Notes under the pieces: generated by a model
Databases searched by the model: none
What the model was told of the DNA's origin: nothing
Seen by the model: the letters and a program-made list of their open reading frames with translations, nothing else
Origin: Octopus sinensis
Taxonomy: Eukaryota
Assembly: GCF_006345805.1 (NCBI RefSeq)
Contig: NC_042999.1
Location: 78,864,001 to 78,928,000, forward strand
Direction: 5' to 3'
DNA length: 64,000 nt
Program-made: the position numbers and the translations under genes
Part shown: one piece after another, positions 12,752-26,973 of the stretch
Layout: the number at the start of each line of letters is the position of its first letter
Numbering within the stretch: the first letter of the stretch is position 1

Positions 12752-13170
12752 ATTTTACTTTTTTACTTTTTTACTCTTTTACTTGTTTCAGTTATATGAC
12801 TGCGGTCATGCTGGAGCACCACCTTAGTCGAGAAAATCGACCCCAGGACTTATTCTTTGTAAGCCTAGTACTTATTCTCTCGGTCTCTTTTGCCGAACCG
12901 CTAAGTTACGGGGACGTAAACACACCACCATCGGTTGTCAAGCGATGTTGGAGGGACAAACACAGACACACAAACTCACACACACATATATATATATACA
13001 TAAATACGACGGGCTTCTTTCAGTTTCCGTCTACCAAATCCACTCACAAGGCTTTGGTCGGCCCGATAGAATAAGTACTAGGCTTACAAAAAATAAGTCC
13101 TGGGGGCGATTTGTTCGACTAAATGCGATGCTCCAGCATGGCCGCCATCAAATAACTTAAATAAGTAAAA
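12752..13170. mobile_element. Head-less SINE-A (minus, 12752-13066) fused to a plus-strand SINE-A tail (13063-13170)
   Basis: The junction is GGTCGGC-CCGA-TAGAATAAGTACTAGG, and both ends are SINE tails. Confidence 0.85.
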
Positions 13171-13619
13171 ATATATAAATAATGAATATATATATATATT
13201 CATATACACACATACAAACACACGCACACATACATACACACACTTATATAGATAGATACATACAAACACGCACAGATTGTTTCTTTCATAAGCTTCTTTC
13301 TTACTTGTTTACTTTATTTTTCTTTGATTTCATTCGACTTTTCCCATTTTTCCTCGTTTACCAATGGTGCATTTGTGTGTAAGTATGCGTATTGTGAGCA
13401 CGAATATTTGTGTGTTTATATATATAGATGTGTATGTATAAAATACAACAACATATATATCTATCACCCAGGAAACTCCAATAAAAAAACAGCAAAACGC
13501 CAATCATAATTAAGCGAATTGAAAGATGTTGAGATTGTACTTCTCTCAAATGGCGATTGCTTGTCATATCGAAGATGAGGATGTACAACAAACCAACTAA
13601 CGCAATGATGATGTTAATG

Positions 13620-13641
13620 GTGGTAATATTCATATTTATAA

Positions 13642-13673
<32 letters not shown>

Positions 13674-13850
13674 ACGGTGTTGTTGATGATGATGATGATG
13701 ACGACGACGACGACAACGAAGATAGCGATGACGATGACAAGGACGACGGTAATAGCGACGACGATGACGATGGTGACGGCGATGATGATGATGGTGGTGG
13801 TTATGGCGATGATGATGGTGATGATGATGAGGATGATAATGATGACGATC
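13620..13850. repeat. Compound (GAT/GAC/GGT)n trinucleotide tract
   Basis: Direct reading. It explains the low-complexity ORFs at 13358-13910. Confidence 0.95.
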
Positions 13851-13852
13851 GT

Positions 13853-14040
13853 TTCAAATTTTGCCATAAGGCCCCTATTATGGGAGAGACTGTCAAGTAC
13901 ATTGACCTAGCACTGGGCTGGTCTTTTATTTTATCGACCCGGAAAAGACGTGAGGCAAGGTTGGCCTTCGGGTATTTGAACCCAGTCCTCCATGTAGCAG
14001 AACACGACAGCAGAAAAGTAGGGATTCCGTACTGATAAGC
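13853..14040 (-). mobile_element. Degenerate SINE family B
   Basis: TTTATCGACCCGGAAAAGACGTGAGGCAAGGTTGGCCTTCGGGTATTTGAACCCAG. Confidence 0.65.
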
Positions 14041-14044
14041 CATG

Positions 14045-14535
14045 ATGTGAGGTGAGACACGACAGTTTGACGGTAGTAGATGACGGATGCAATGAAAGCA
14101 TTCGCCAACTCCACCCGACCTTTCAGGGATAGTTTCCTCTCAGCTCACTTCTTGGTAAGTTTTGCCATCTTGCACGCCGCTTGTTCCTCGATTTTCTCTA
14201 CCTAGGGATCTCGACCAAACCCCTAGCAATTTCATCGGCCCATCCGTCCAGCACACTCGACGCTATTGGTCGGCATGGACCTATCACTTTAAGTGCCGAG
14301 CTACAGACCCAACTACATCTGGTTAGTTGTTAAGCTTACCACCTTTAGAAGAGAGTCGATCACTTCAATTAATTTGTACCCGACACAATTACGGTGACGT
14401 CGTCCGCACTTGCAAACAGGATCTTCCACGTCCTAGCTTTTGCGGGATGCCCCTCGAAATCGCTAACTTCTTCAATAGTGCTTCTAGAGTCAGTACGTGC
14501 AGAAAGGGAAAGAGTGGGGTACACTTGATGGACTA
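14045..14535 (-). mobile_element. Tx1/L1-clade LINE reverse transcriptase fragment (domains 4-7)
   Basis: With frameshifts, the minus strand gives LHVLTLEALLKKL...ASADDVTVIVS...AERKLSLKGRVELANAFIASVIYY. This carries the xADD and LSLxGR motifs of L1/Tx1. Confidence 0.8.
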
Positions 14536-14544
14536 AGTGCATGG

Positions 14545-14755
14545 TACTGTTATTTAGCCCCAGGATTCATCGTTTCTAGCTGGCTATGCGACACAAACAT
14601 ACGTGTCCTTATGTTTTCGAACAGGGGAGATTAGCACCTCCACCCAGCAAAACCCAGCACCCACGGACTAGTTTCAGGGTTATTGCTCTTTTTCAGCATT
14701 GAGTAGCTTGGCTTTGCTACACGTCGCTGCTAATCCGCTGTCGAAAACCTATAGA
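14545..14755. mobile_element. Partial copy of the MITE family at 27576
   Basis: TTAGCCCCAG...GTGTCCTTATGTTTTCGAACAGGGGAGATTAGCA matches 27640-27720. Confidence 0.7.
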
Positions 14756-14786
14756 ATTCAAAGTAAAAAAAAACATTCACTGATGT

Positions 14787-14834
<48 letters not shown>

Positions 14835-17341
14835 AGAGAGAGAGAGAGAGAGAGAGAAAGAAAGAGAGAAAGAGAGAAAGAGAGACAGAGTTTTAATATA
14901 TATAAATATAACGTTGAACATACACATGAATAGCAACGAAGCATTTAGACTTGAGTATTGAAGTGACATGCACACCTACCACATGAGTGGAATCCAGACA
15001 CACGCGTACACACAATAACACAAGCACTCATATGCACTCGCAGACGCGGACAAATGCACACACACACACACACACACATAGCCCCGGATCAAGCAATTCG
15101 GATATCCAGAAACACCAAGAAGTGTCTTAAATAAAAGGGCCTTGTAACGTTATTAGTGGTCAGATTGAATTCTGCTCAAGGAAGGCATTAAAATCGCTAC
15201 GAAAAGCACACATGTATGCTAACATACATATACACATGCATATATACATCTGTACACACACAAAGATACACACACCATGCACACACTCATACACATACAT
15301 ATGTATAGACACACAGACTTATAAACCTATTCAGAGACAGACTTATACATAATGACAGACACATAAATGGCATCACATAAGCACTCACAGATATATGTAG
15401 AGTTATGGATGTATATACACACAAGCGTACACACCGAGACAGAGATGTCATATACAGACATTTACATAGATACACAAAACCACAAATGCATGCATATAAT
15501 GACAAAATTATACACAAACTGATACAAGCAGAGCTAATACACATGCGCATATATTTATATAGAATTGGAAAAGCTAAAAGACGTAGTGATATGCATCCAT
15601 CTAATGTCTTAAACACGCACTTACACATTCATTGTTTCAATTATGTACATTGACACATGAACATGCACACACACATTCATATATATACACAGCTTCCATT
15701 CATAATAGATAAACCTATGACAGATTTATTTTGGGACATCAAGTTGTCGGGCTTGAAAATTGAAACTGTCAAAAACTTTTCTTTCACCGGGTCATATTTT
15801 TGCGCGAATGAGACGGCGGTGAGACGCCTAGTAGGGGTAGTATTTTCAATCATAATGTTAAAAATAAAAATAATAATAATATTCTTTTTAATAATGATAA
15901 TAATGACAATATTAAAAGCTACAACAATAAAAATGATGTAAAACAGCAAAATATCAACACTAATATTAAACATTGTCTTTGTTATCTTTGCTTCGTTACA
16001 GCAGTTCAGTGTGACGGTGGTGAAAAGCGTGAAACTTCGATGCTATAGAGTATTTAACTACGTTCTGAGTTCAAAACTTGACGAGGTGAGGTTGGACTTA
16101 ACTTGCAATGTATTCTGGAGGAAATGAATGTCAGTGAAATATGTACCAGTAATATAGTGATGCGATTTCACTGACTGTATTCTCTTCTATATAAATCTAA
16201 AATGAGAGATTATAAATGGTAATGTGTTGTAGTGTGGACACAAGGCAATGAATACGGTACAGTGACTGAAATCTCACTACTTCATCAGAACGTTGTTTTA
16301 TCGATCCCAGGAAGAGAAAAATTAAAACTGAAGTTGGCAGGATTTGACCTCAGAAAGTATATAGATACATCTAAATAACATTGATTCTGGCAATTTCTTG
16401 CTCTTGAAAATATATGATAGAAATAATTCCGCCGTAACCACACTTGCTGAGTAGATTCACTTTTATCTGTGCCAGTATCAGAATATACATGGCAAGAAGT
16501 CATTCGTATGGTTTCTGTTATTGCGCTATATGGAAGTTTCAGTCACTTCTGAAATTCAGGGACTGGAAGACGTTGTTTATTTATGAATGATTATTTACAT
16601 ATATTCAAGGATTAGCTTTCAATCGTTGTTGTTTAGCTCGAGGTCGATTCTGATTCAGCAGGTCCTGTGCTCAATGGCGTACATCGAGTATTTAGTATTT
16701 CCCGTGCATCGAGTATTTAGTTATACGTTATTCATTCAGACTTAAATACTATCTGTAAGACGTATGGGCGCATTTTAAGGAATATTTGACGTCTACTTTT
16801 ATTAGGTCGAATGATGATGTAGATGTTCCCTAGTTGGTTCGATTACCTTTAAATATTTTGATCTGCTTGATGAATTGTATCCTTATAAGTAAACTTCTTA
16901 CTCGTTGCACCAAAACTGGATAATATAATTCAGCAGTTTGGTTTTACTTTCCTTATAATATCCAAGATTGACACAAGGCCACCCTAGGATTTGATTTATA
17001 CTTTAATTTATTGGCCAAGGTGGGAACGGATGCTTGAGTCAACCTAAGTAAAGTTAAACTTTATTTTCTCTAGTATTTGTCCAAGATCACAGTTTCAGAG
17101 ATTCAGGTTCCATGGACATCGTTTTTGTTTTTGCGTCAAATATCTTCAATAATGGTAAATTAGTCGTCTACCTCTCTAAAAGCTTTAGCGAGAACGAAGA
17201 TTTTACATTCCAAGCAAGAATTACTTTGATATGACAACTTCTAAATGAATAAAAATCGAACGTACTTTTATAACCTTATTTTTCCTTTTTTTTCTCCCGT
17301 ACACACACACACACGCACGCACGCACACACACACACACACA

Positions 17342-17382
<41 letters not shown>

Positions 17383-18176
17383 CACACACACACAACACAC
17401 ACAAATACACACTCTATATTTCAAAGAACGAAGTACTGGAAAGTAGAAAATCCTTGAGAAACCAATCCAAGGGCAAACTTAAAAACTGTTTGTCTCATGA
17501 ATGTTCAAAAACGTCCCCGTAACCTGGTACACAAGGGATGTAGTTAAAAAGCACCATCGTGACTGTATGAAAAGATTTTGCCCTTATCCAGCAGTCAAAT
17601 TAAAAGTTAAGATAAAGCATGTGCAAACAGGGAGGACTGGAAGCAGATATGAGAGTAGAAGCCGTTGGTGCAGATCACATTCACCATGGACTGACGGTAA
17701 AAGAAAAACTGAAGGAGAAAAGAGCTCGACAACGACAAATTTAGCGGTAATTTTGTGACCAACGATTCATCTCAAACTCAGAACCGAGTCATGAAAAATA
17801 AATGGTAACATCAACAAACGATGAAGAAATTTTGGAAACATCCTCAACAGCGAAGAAATGCTGAAAGAGTGAGAGTGGGGAGAATGTGTGAAAGACTAAC
17901 GGCCAAAAAGGGAGACAGAGGCGAGGAAAGAGGAGAAGAAAGATAGAGATGCATATGAGATTGTGTGTATTTTACTTTATTGATTGTGGACATGGTGCAA
18001 TACATGCTTTCAATATGGACGAGTTTAGGCCCAGTCTTGAGTATTTTATCGATCTCAAAAGGATTAAAGGCAATGCCAACTTGTATGGAATTTCAAAACA
18101 GGATATAAAGAAATATGACCAAATATCTCAAGGTCTTCTGTTCTATACTCTCTCTCAGTTGTGATATCCACCGCCA

Positions 18177-18208
<32 letters not shown>

Positions 18209-19829
18209 ACACACACACACACACAGATACACATGTACCCACATACACACACGCATTTTCAAAGGTGATGATTTCCTCCTTCGCTAAGATTTTCGCTTTT
18301 CCATTTCCATCAAGAACAAGTCGAAAAATCAGTCGAAAGAAAATAACCATGACCCAGGTTCCTTAATGAGTTCATTCATATTGTTTTTGCGTGAACGAAC
18401 TGTGAAAAGCGATAAAGTTTAAACAGTGACAGTGAATCATAAGCTTTGAAGGAACTTACCATTTCTATTTCATGTATTGAACATATATTTTTTCTACTAC
18501 ATATGTACATATATGTGTGTGTCTTTATGCATGTATGTATGTATATATGTATATATATATGTATAGTTATATTGATATAAGAAAGTGGAATATGTATATA
18601 TGTATATATGCATATGTATATATGTATATATACATATATATTCACTTACGTGCATACGTATGCATATGTGCATATATATGAAAATTTGTTAATATATATA
18701 ATGTATGTATATGTATATATGCATTATACATAGATACCCATATGTATTTATATATATGTATATGTATATACGTATCTGTGTATTTGAATGTATGTATTTA
18801 TACGCGTGTTTATGTATGCGTGTGTGTGTTTTGTTATCACGTGTTTGTGTCTCTATTCGCTTGTGTGTATGTAGGTGTGTGTGTGTTTGCGTGAGCGTGT
18901 ATGTATGTATGTATGTATGTATGTATGTATGTATGTATGTATGTATGTATGTATGTATGTACGTACGTATGTATCGATGTATGTATTACAAACTACACGA
19001 AATCTAAAATTTTAATATATTTCCAGCTATTATTTATTTTAATCTTTCCCGAAACTAAAAATAATATGACGATTTCAAGAATTCAAGTGATAAAAGATTT
19101 AAGATAAACTTGCCTCCATTTGAAAATTATTTTTAGAAGACCGAATTAATTTACTTCTTTCTAATGCAGATAAGCCAAATAAGGGATTTTGGATCCCTGG
19201 AGTTATTTAACTACAAACTTTGCCGATATAAAAGATATAATATTTTAAAATATTTCCTTTCATAGTTGAAGGAAATTTTGTTTGATTAGGTGTTTGTAAA
19301 GTACACTGTTTCACTTCTCTTCTTTGATTCTATGCAGTTGAGTAAGTTTATATTAAAACATTGGGTTTGTCTACATAAATTTTATTCTGTCTCGATATAT
19401 TGTAAATATCCTGCTCTTATTTCCACATTTTATTGTTTAGTAATTCCACTCCAAAATACGGCAAAATTAATCTTTACGAGCGTTTCTTAAATAAACAGCT
19501 TTCTAAAATGCGGATGTTTCCCCTTCTATTAATTCTTACTGATAATGAAGTATTTTGGTGAAAAATAAACTTTTTGTAATTTTGTTGATGTTTCTACTAT
19601 CTAAAACATCTTACACTCACTTAAAAACTTTTCTTTATGCTATGTCGCAATCTTATATCATTCTAGCTTATGGCCCAAAATTTCGACTTTCTCGCTCATT
19701 TCTTTTGCTATTAGTTTGGTTCTCGAACTTTTTTCTTTTTTGCGCATTTGGTAAAGTGACGAAAGAGAGAGACAGATATTTGTATTTTATACGTATATAC
19801 ACACACACAATATATGCATACATGCACAT

Positions 19830-20210
19830 ATTCTTTTATTCTTTTATTTGTTTCAGTCATTTGACCGCGAGCATGCTGGAGCAACACCTTTAGTTGAACA
19901 AATCGATCCCAGGACTTATTGTTTGTAAGCCTAGTACTTATTCTATCGGTCTCCTTTTTTTGATGAACGGGGACGTAATCACACCAACATCGGTTGTCAG
20001 TCGATGATGAGGGGACAAAAACAGACACTGATAACAAATACATGCATATATATACGACGGGCTTCTTTCAGTTTCCGTCTAAATACATTCACAAGACTTT
20101 GGTCGGCCCAAGGCTATAGTAGAAGACACTTGCCGAAGGTGCCACGCAGTGGGATTGAACTCGAAACCATGTGTTTGGGAAGCAAGCTTCTTACTACACA
20201 GTCACTCCTA
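19830..20210 (-). mobile_element. SINE family A, near full length
   Basis: Reverse complement of the 48033-48456 copy. Confidence 0.9.
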
Positions 20211-21042
20211 TTCTATAAACAATGGAAGATATTTCTGTTAAATTATATCTATTAAAATATTCATCTCAATAATTTTCTTTTGTGGCGTTGTATTACTCAT
20301 CTTACTTTCTCTTCTGTATCCTATATTTTGTTTTTCTCATTGTCTGTAATTTTTCTTACCGCAAGCTTCTAACCACACAGCCACTCCTGCGCCTATATAC
20401 AAACATTGTATACAAGAAATACTGATGCAACATCCTCATCAAAACTTCCATCAAGTTCAAATATCACGGGCCGGATACATTTATCTAAGATAGAAAGGTA
20501 AGACCATCTATAGCCATAGAGATAATCTCTCATGCAGATATGAATATTTTTTTAATAAAATCCGCGAGAAGGTGATTATTTATAACAAAATCAGTGAGAA
20601 GGAGATTATTTATGGGCGATTGTTCTGAAAGCCCCTTGATTATAAATTCAGATTTTAAAACTCACATTTAGTTGCTAACACGTACTTTGAAAATAAAATA
20701 TGTAAGTTGAACAGGAAAAATATGCAAGATCTTTCTAAAGCTCCACATTTAACATGTATCATTGTTGCACTCGAAATTGTAGAGATACTGTTTCGTTTGT
20801 TTGTTAGAAAACAGATCCTTCCATATAGGAAGGAAGAATTCTAATTAATAAATAAACATAAAGGCATACTTATATACAGATGGAGATGCAAACCGAAATA
20901 TTGGAAGAATCATAAATAAAATTATAGTTGCCAGGCCAGTGGTTTCCCTGGATGTAAAACAGGAATAGGTAGAGAGACTGAAAGTTGTAAAGAAGTTATA
21001 AACTCTCACAAGCATAAACACACAAACGTTATCCTTCCATCC

Positions 21043-21202
<160 letters not shown>

Positions 21203-21293
21203 ATATATATATAAGTGTGTTTCAATATGTGACCGCGTGTGTATCGGTGATTTTCTTTCTCCGTCTTCCCTTCTTTGGACTTTCTCTATATTT

Positions 21294-21717
21294 TTTATTT
21301 CTTTATTGCCCACAAGGGACTAAACACAGGGGGGGGGGCAAGAACAGACATAGGGATTAAGTCGATTATATCGACCCCAGTGCGTGACTGGTACTTAATT
21401 TATCAAGCCTGAAAGGATGAAAGGCAAAGTCGACCTCGGCGGAATTTGAACTCCGAGCGTAATAGCAGACGAAATACCTATTTCTATTTCTTTACTACCC
21501 ACAAGGGGCTAAATACAGAGAGGACAAACAAGGACAGACAAACGGATTAAGTCGATTAAATCGACCCCAGTGCGTAACTGGTACTTATTTAATCGACCCC
21601 GAAAGGATGAAAGGCAAATCGACCTCGGCGGAATTTGAACTCAGAACGTAACGGCAGACAAAATACCGCTAAGCATTTTGGTCGGCGTGCTAAAGTTTCT
21701 GCCAGCTCGCCGCCTTA
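21294..21717 (-). mobile_element. SINE family B tandem dimer
   Basis: A full copy (21479-21717) plus a head-less copy (21294-21478). B-box region TTCTGAGTTCAAATTCCGCCGAGGTCGA on the minus strand. Confidence 0.9.
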
Positions 21718-21730
21718 TACCTTTTTCTAT

Positions 21731-21765
21731 ATTTCTGATGAAGAGCTTCGCTCAAAACCTGAAAT
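21731..21765 (+). ncRNA. Degenerate minimal type I hammerhead ribozyme
   Basis: Stem I ATTT/AAAT, core CTGATGA, stem II GAGC/GCTC. GAAAC is mutated to AAAAC and the cleavage triplet is CTG instead of GTH. Confidence 0.55.
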
Positions 21766-22078
21766 TCTCTGTCTTTTCTTTCCTTTCCTGAGCGTCCAAT
21801 AACACAGTGCTTGTACCACGTCCTCGCGTTTTTGTTTTTTCTTGCTTGTTCTGGTTTGGATTGACTATATATATATATATATATATATAATAATATATAT
21901 ATATATTATATATATATTCTTACCCTCTCTTTGCACTCTTGATTGCCTCCATTGTACTTTTTTCTTCTCCGTCTTTCACTCTGTTTCTCCACTCCTCCTC
22001 CTCTTCCTCCCCTTCTCTCTGTATCCCATTCTTTCTCTATATATACTTCCTCTACTCTACCATGTGACCTGTGTCCAG

Positions 22079-22179
22079 TGAAGGCGGTGTTGTTCTTTTT
22101 CGCCCTGCCTTTGACCATGCTGGTCTGGGCTCCTGCTACGTCCATTAGGACTTACTCCATTTCACCCTGCACAATCCCT
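22079..22179 (+). CDS. Candidate coding exon, signal-peptide-like: (x)KAVLFFFALPLTMLVWAPATSIRTYSISPCTIP
   Basis: Long AG-free pyrimidine tract ending TGTCCAG, then 101 nt at about 50% GC in AT-rich surroundings, one open frame, and the donor CCT|GTAAGT. Confidence 0.5.
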
Positions 22180-22589
22180 GTAAGTTCGTTTGATAACTGC
22201 AAAGCTCTTTCTGTTGTATGTATAATATAATAACAATAATTTCTTTCCCGTTGTATATAGCCGTAAGGCATCGTGTTATAAATACATAATCCTTTGTCTG
22301 TTGTATTTATATAATGTTTTATCTCTTTCTGTCCCAGTATACATTCGCTAGCTTTTTTCCAGTAGCTTAATGACAGCACTGGCGCCTCCAGGATTGAGTA
22401 GTCTCAGCGATAATGGCGCAAAACCATGATGATATTTTGCTTCATAGACTGACAAGGAAAACTCAACTGCAAATATTCCGTGTATCATATCTTTGTCTAT
22501 ATTCCTCGTCCATTAACTTTTCGCCTAGTTTCCCGTTTGCTCTGCTTTCGTCTAACTTTTTCTCTTTGTTGTGTTCTGCCTGTTCAACG

Positions 22590-22626
<37 letters not shown>

Positions 22627-23521
22627 TATGCTATTGCCTAAATTTGCATGAAAGAGCCTCCTTCCGAGGTCAGAAAGGGAACTTTTTGAAGAGAAATTAA
22701 AAAAACGAAAGAAAATTGCAGTGGACAACAGCCATTCATCCATATACACATGTATACATGTGCACATACATACACAAAAGGTATTCTGATCAGCATCTTA
22801 TTAATTCTGCCATCGCTAATATAATAACGATGCTTGCTCTAGTACGAAAGGCATTATACTTATAAGTTTCAAAAAGGCGAAATAGGAAGATATGCATTGC
22901 ATTCATTTCCAAACAATGTCAGTGTCATATCTGACGTGAAACGGATTCAACTGCAAAGCGATCCAACTGCGAGGCGAAATCATGCTAAGCATTTATCACT
23001 GGATAAAAGTCTATAAAAGTCTTTTCCTCTACGTTGTCGACCACACAAGTGAATATCGAACTTTAGTCGTAAGAATATTTGTCTTCTTCTTTGTTCTGTT
23101 CCACGGTAAAGGTGCATGAACTGTTTGCTCACACTTTGTGAAGATCATAAAAAGAAGATATATGATTAGTTGTACTCTTTAGGCAAATGTAAATCAATCC
23201 ATAAATCTGTCGCCGCACTTTATGGTCAATTCCAACGTTGTTAATAGTTAACCTTTTGTGTAACAAAGCAACGGAAAGCAGTAGAGGTGTAAACAGAATA
23301 AGTCTAATGAATTTGCTAACCTCGTTTCAATTTCGAAACGCCGTTGAGGTTGTGACTATGTTTTGCTCTGTGTAACAAATTCAATACTTTCTAGTTTTGT
23401 GGAGCACAACCTCTCAATACAAATGATGGGGCCATTAGTTATATAACGACGTGCCTCAATAGTTACAGGTATAAACTGAAATATATACTTTGTGTGGTCT
23501 ATAGCTTTTATCCCCTATTTT

Positions 23522-23866
23522 GCTTCAGTCATATGTCTTGAAGAATCTGAGTCGAACGAATCGACTCCAGTACTTATCTTTAGCAATAAAATTTTTTAAA
23601 GCCGGATACTTTTCTATTGGGTTATTTTGTCGAACCGCTAAGTTACAGGGACGTAAACACATCACCGACTGTCAAGCGGTGTTGGGGCACATACACACAC
23701 ATGTGTGTGTGTGTGCATGGTGACCTTTCGGTTTCTGTCTATCAAATCCACTCATAAGGATATAGTACAGCCTAAGGATATAATACAAGACACTCGATGA
23801 GCTACGCAGTGGGACTGAACCCTGAACCATGTGGTTGAAAAGCAAACTTCTTACCACAGAGTCACA
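23522..23866 (-). mobile_element. SINE family A, diverged
   Basis: CGAACCGCTAAGTTACAGGGACGTAAACAC and CGCAGTGGGACTGAACCCTGAACCATGTGG. Confidence 0.85.
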
Positions 23867-24357
23867 CAAATTCTTTAATGATTCATCATGAATATTTTCT
23901 TCTTTTTCACTTAAAATTCTTCTACTAATAAATTTATCTTAGAATTTGCTGGTCTGTACGCAATTTCTGCTTCTGTACGCAGTTTCTACTTGCATATAAT
24001 GTGAAACTGTATGTATTTTCTTTTTAACAAAGTGATGATACACCCCGGGTAAATATCATTGCTAACACCGATTCTAATCAGAGAATTGCTCGTGTATACA
24101 CACACACACACACACACACACAACACACACACACACATACATGCACACATACATGCACACATACAGACACACACACATATGTATGTGTGCGCGCGCGCGG
24201 GTCTAGGTGTGTATGTGTGTATATTTGCACGCATGTGCTTATATGTTTTTATCCATTGCACAGCACACTTATAGTTGATTCGTTTGGCCATATATAACTG
24301 TTTTGGTGTGTGACTGAATATCTGTGCGCATGTGTATTTGAAAGAGAGAGAAAGAAA

Positions 24358-24399
<42 letters not shown>

Positions 24400-25999
24400 T
24401 GTCTGGGAGTTTTAATTTTTGGAAATCATGTAAAGAAGGTGCTGGTTTCTAACAAAGATCAAAGCTCTTTCTTTGGAATGTAGATAACAAAAAACAAAGT
24501 TTACATTGTGAACCTGAGAAAAATTTTGAATGTTTTTACTATTCCACTCACTGAGTCTATTTGTAATGTGTTTGTTAGCTGAGTAATTCCTCTCTCTCAA
24601 AGCCCTAGTTATTCCAGTCTCAGAATCAAGTGCACCAATTATTATTGGTATGAATGTGAATTGAGAACCTTAGTATAGAAGCTGAAGGGTTCAAAGTAGT
24701 TGTCCCTTTTTGCCCTCATTCTCTTTGATTTTCAAAGAGATATTCACCTCAACTAGACAGCTAGCTGATCTCTATGTCAGCACATACTTTTTCTTGTCTG
24801 TCGCAAACGACGATATTCGACCTGTTACGTCGAATACCTACTTGGTACAAGTTTTGGCGCGAATGTTCTATCAATATTCCTTGTGTTGATGTTTATGTAT
24901 GCATTCAGTAACAGAGATTTTCTTTATATTTATTTCAGAACAGACCTATTTTTCGAATGACATTGTATATTGTTTTAGCTATAACGTCTATTGCATTAGA
25001 GAGTAGTACCTAGATTGCAAGTTTTTGTCTGGGATCTACAAAATTCGTCAGTTCTCACCTGACGAATTATTCAGCCAGTGAGAGTGTAAAAGATTATAAT
25101 ACAACTTCGTCAATAAGCCTCCAAGCGAAACTAAGGTCCTAGTTAATATGAACTATACAATAAATTTGTTGACTCTACTCTCAGTTTGTAGTCTCTCGAA
25201 ATGCTATTTCGTTATTCTTAAATTTGCTTAAAGATAGTAAACTTAATGTAAAACAAATGAACACATACACACACACACTCACTCTCTCTCTCTCACACAC
25301 ACACTCACTCTCACACACTCACACACACACACACACTCATACTCACTCACTCTCACACTCACACACATGTACTCACACACTCACACAAACACAGGCAAAC
25401 GCATTCACACGTACACATTAGATTGAGGTGTCTATGAATGAGGGTTAGACAGAAACTAATGCAGAATGGACATAGCTTTATATCAACTGACGTACCTTTC
25501 TATACAAAGGTACCACTACACATAGTCTCCATTACAAATCGTACACAAGATGGCGATTCATTTCAATGGTTGCAACTGATGGGCTCCCACTCCATGGCTT
25601 GCCTTCAATGGTTGTTTCCCTTTTTTTTTAACTACTATGCACAATGTTCCAGTCAGTATTGTAATCACCGTGAATAATTTGTAGCCTTCTGTGGAAGTCG
25701 AACACCTTGCCTTGTCCTTCGTCTAAATTCAACAGCTTGTGAGCCTCTACTTGGAATTCATTATTTGTCTGCAATAAAGAATAATCGGAAGATGAACATC
25801 TTTAGAGAAAGAGTTACGTGCACGTTATGTGCAGTTTGAACAATTTATGTCATTTGATAACAAGATATGGCTACGTTTGCATTACTTTCGGTACTGTTTG
25901 TATGTGCGTGAGTGTGTGTGTATGAGGGTGTGTGTGTGTATGCACAGTGTGGATGCGTGTATATGAGAGTGTATGTGTGTGAGTACACACAGCTTTAGT

Positions 26000-26378
26000 A
26001 CACCACCTTTAGTCGAGCAAATCGACCCTAGAGCTTATTCTTTGTAACCCTAGTACTTATTCTAGCGTTCCCTTTTGCCGGACCGCTAAGTTACGGGGAC
26101 GTAAACATACCAGGATGGTTGTCAAGCAATGTTGGTGGTGGTGGTGGGGGGGGGAACAAACACAGACACACAAATATATACACACATATACATATACATA
26201 TATATACATATACGATGTCTTCTTCCAGTTTCCATCTACCAAATCTATTCACAAGGATTTGATCGGCCCGAGGCTATGAGAGAAGACACTTGCCCAAGGT
26301 GCCAAGGTGCAGTAGGACTGAACCCAGGACCATGTGATTGGTGAGCAAGCTACTTACCACAGCCACTCCTGCGCCTAT
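26000..26378 (-). mobile_element. SINE family A
   Basis: Ends CAGCCACTCCTGCGCCTAT; the body matches family A. Confidence 0.9.
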
Positions 26379-26655
26379 CATATATATATAAAGGGGTATG
26401 ATTATGTATAGAGGGATATATATTATTCAAAGAAATTCCAACAGTCTGTTTTTCATGCTTTATTTATATTCTTTATAATTTTAATGTAGGATATAGAATA
26501 TATAGTATAAATAATATATATTGTAAAATGAAATGAAGTATTGATTGTCTTATTGAATAGATGAAATATTGAATATAAAATATTAAGAGACTAGTATACT
26601 TTCTTGCATTAAAGCAGTCTTCAAGATCCCAGGTGTGACAGGAGTGTTTCAACTA

Positions 26656-26749
<94 letters not shown>

Positions 26750-26973
26750 ATATATATATATATAATATATATATATACTATATATATATATATATGCACA
26801 TATATATATATATATATATAATATGCACATATATATATATATATATATTGCATATATATATATGCATATACATATGTACGTGTGTGTGGGTGTATATATG
26901 TGGGTGGACGTTATTGCATAAAGGAGTTTGTGTCGGTGTATGTGCGTGTGTGTGTGTGAGTGTGCGCGCGCGC

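Larger units (their letters stand above)
21232..21870 (+). mobile_element. Penelope-type non-autonomous repeat with a mutated hammerhead, interrupted by a SINE-B dimer
   Basis: The two halves (21232-21293 and 21721-21870) are joined by a 14-bp duplication CTTTYTCTATATTT. It contains CTGATGA-A-GAGC-TTC-GCTC-AAAAC and ends in (TA)n. Confidence 0.6.

Noticed and set aside
17501-17758. ORF with Cys/His that might be a LINE ORF1 zinc knuckle
   Set aside because: The spacing does not fit CX2CX4HX4C and there is no adjacent ORF2 remnant.
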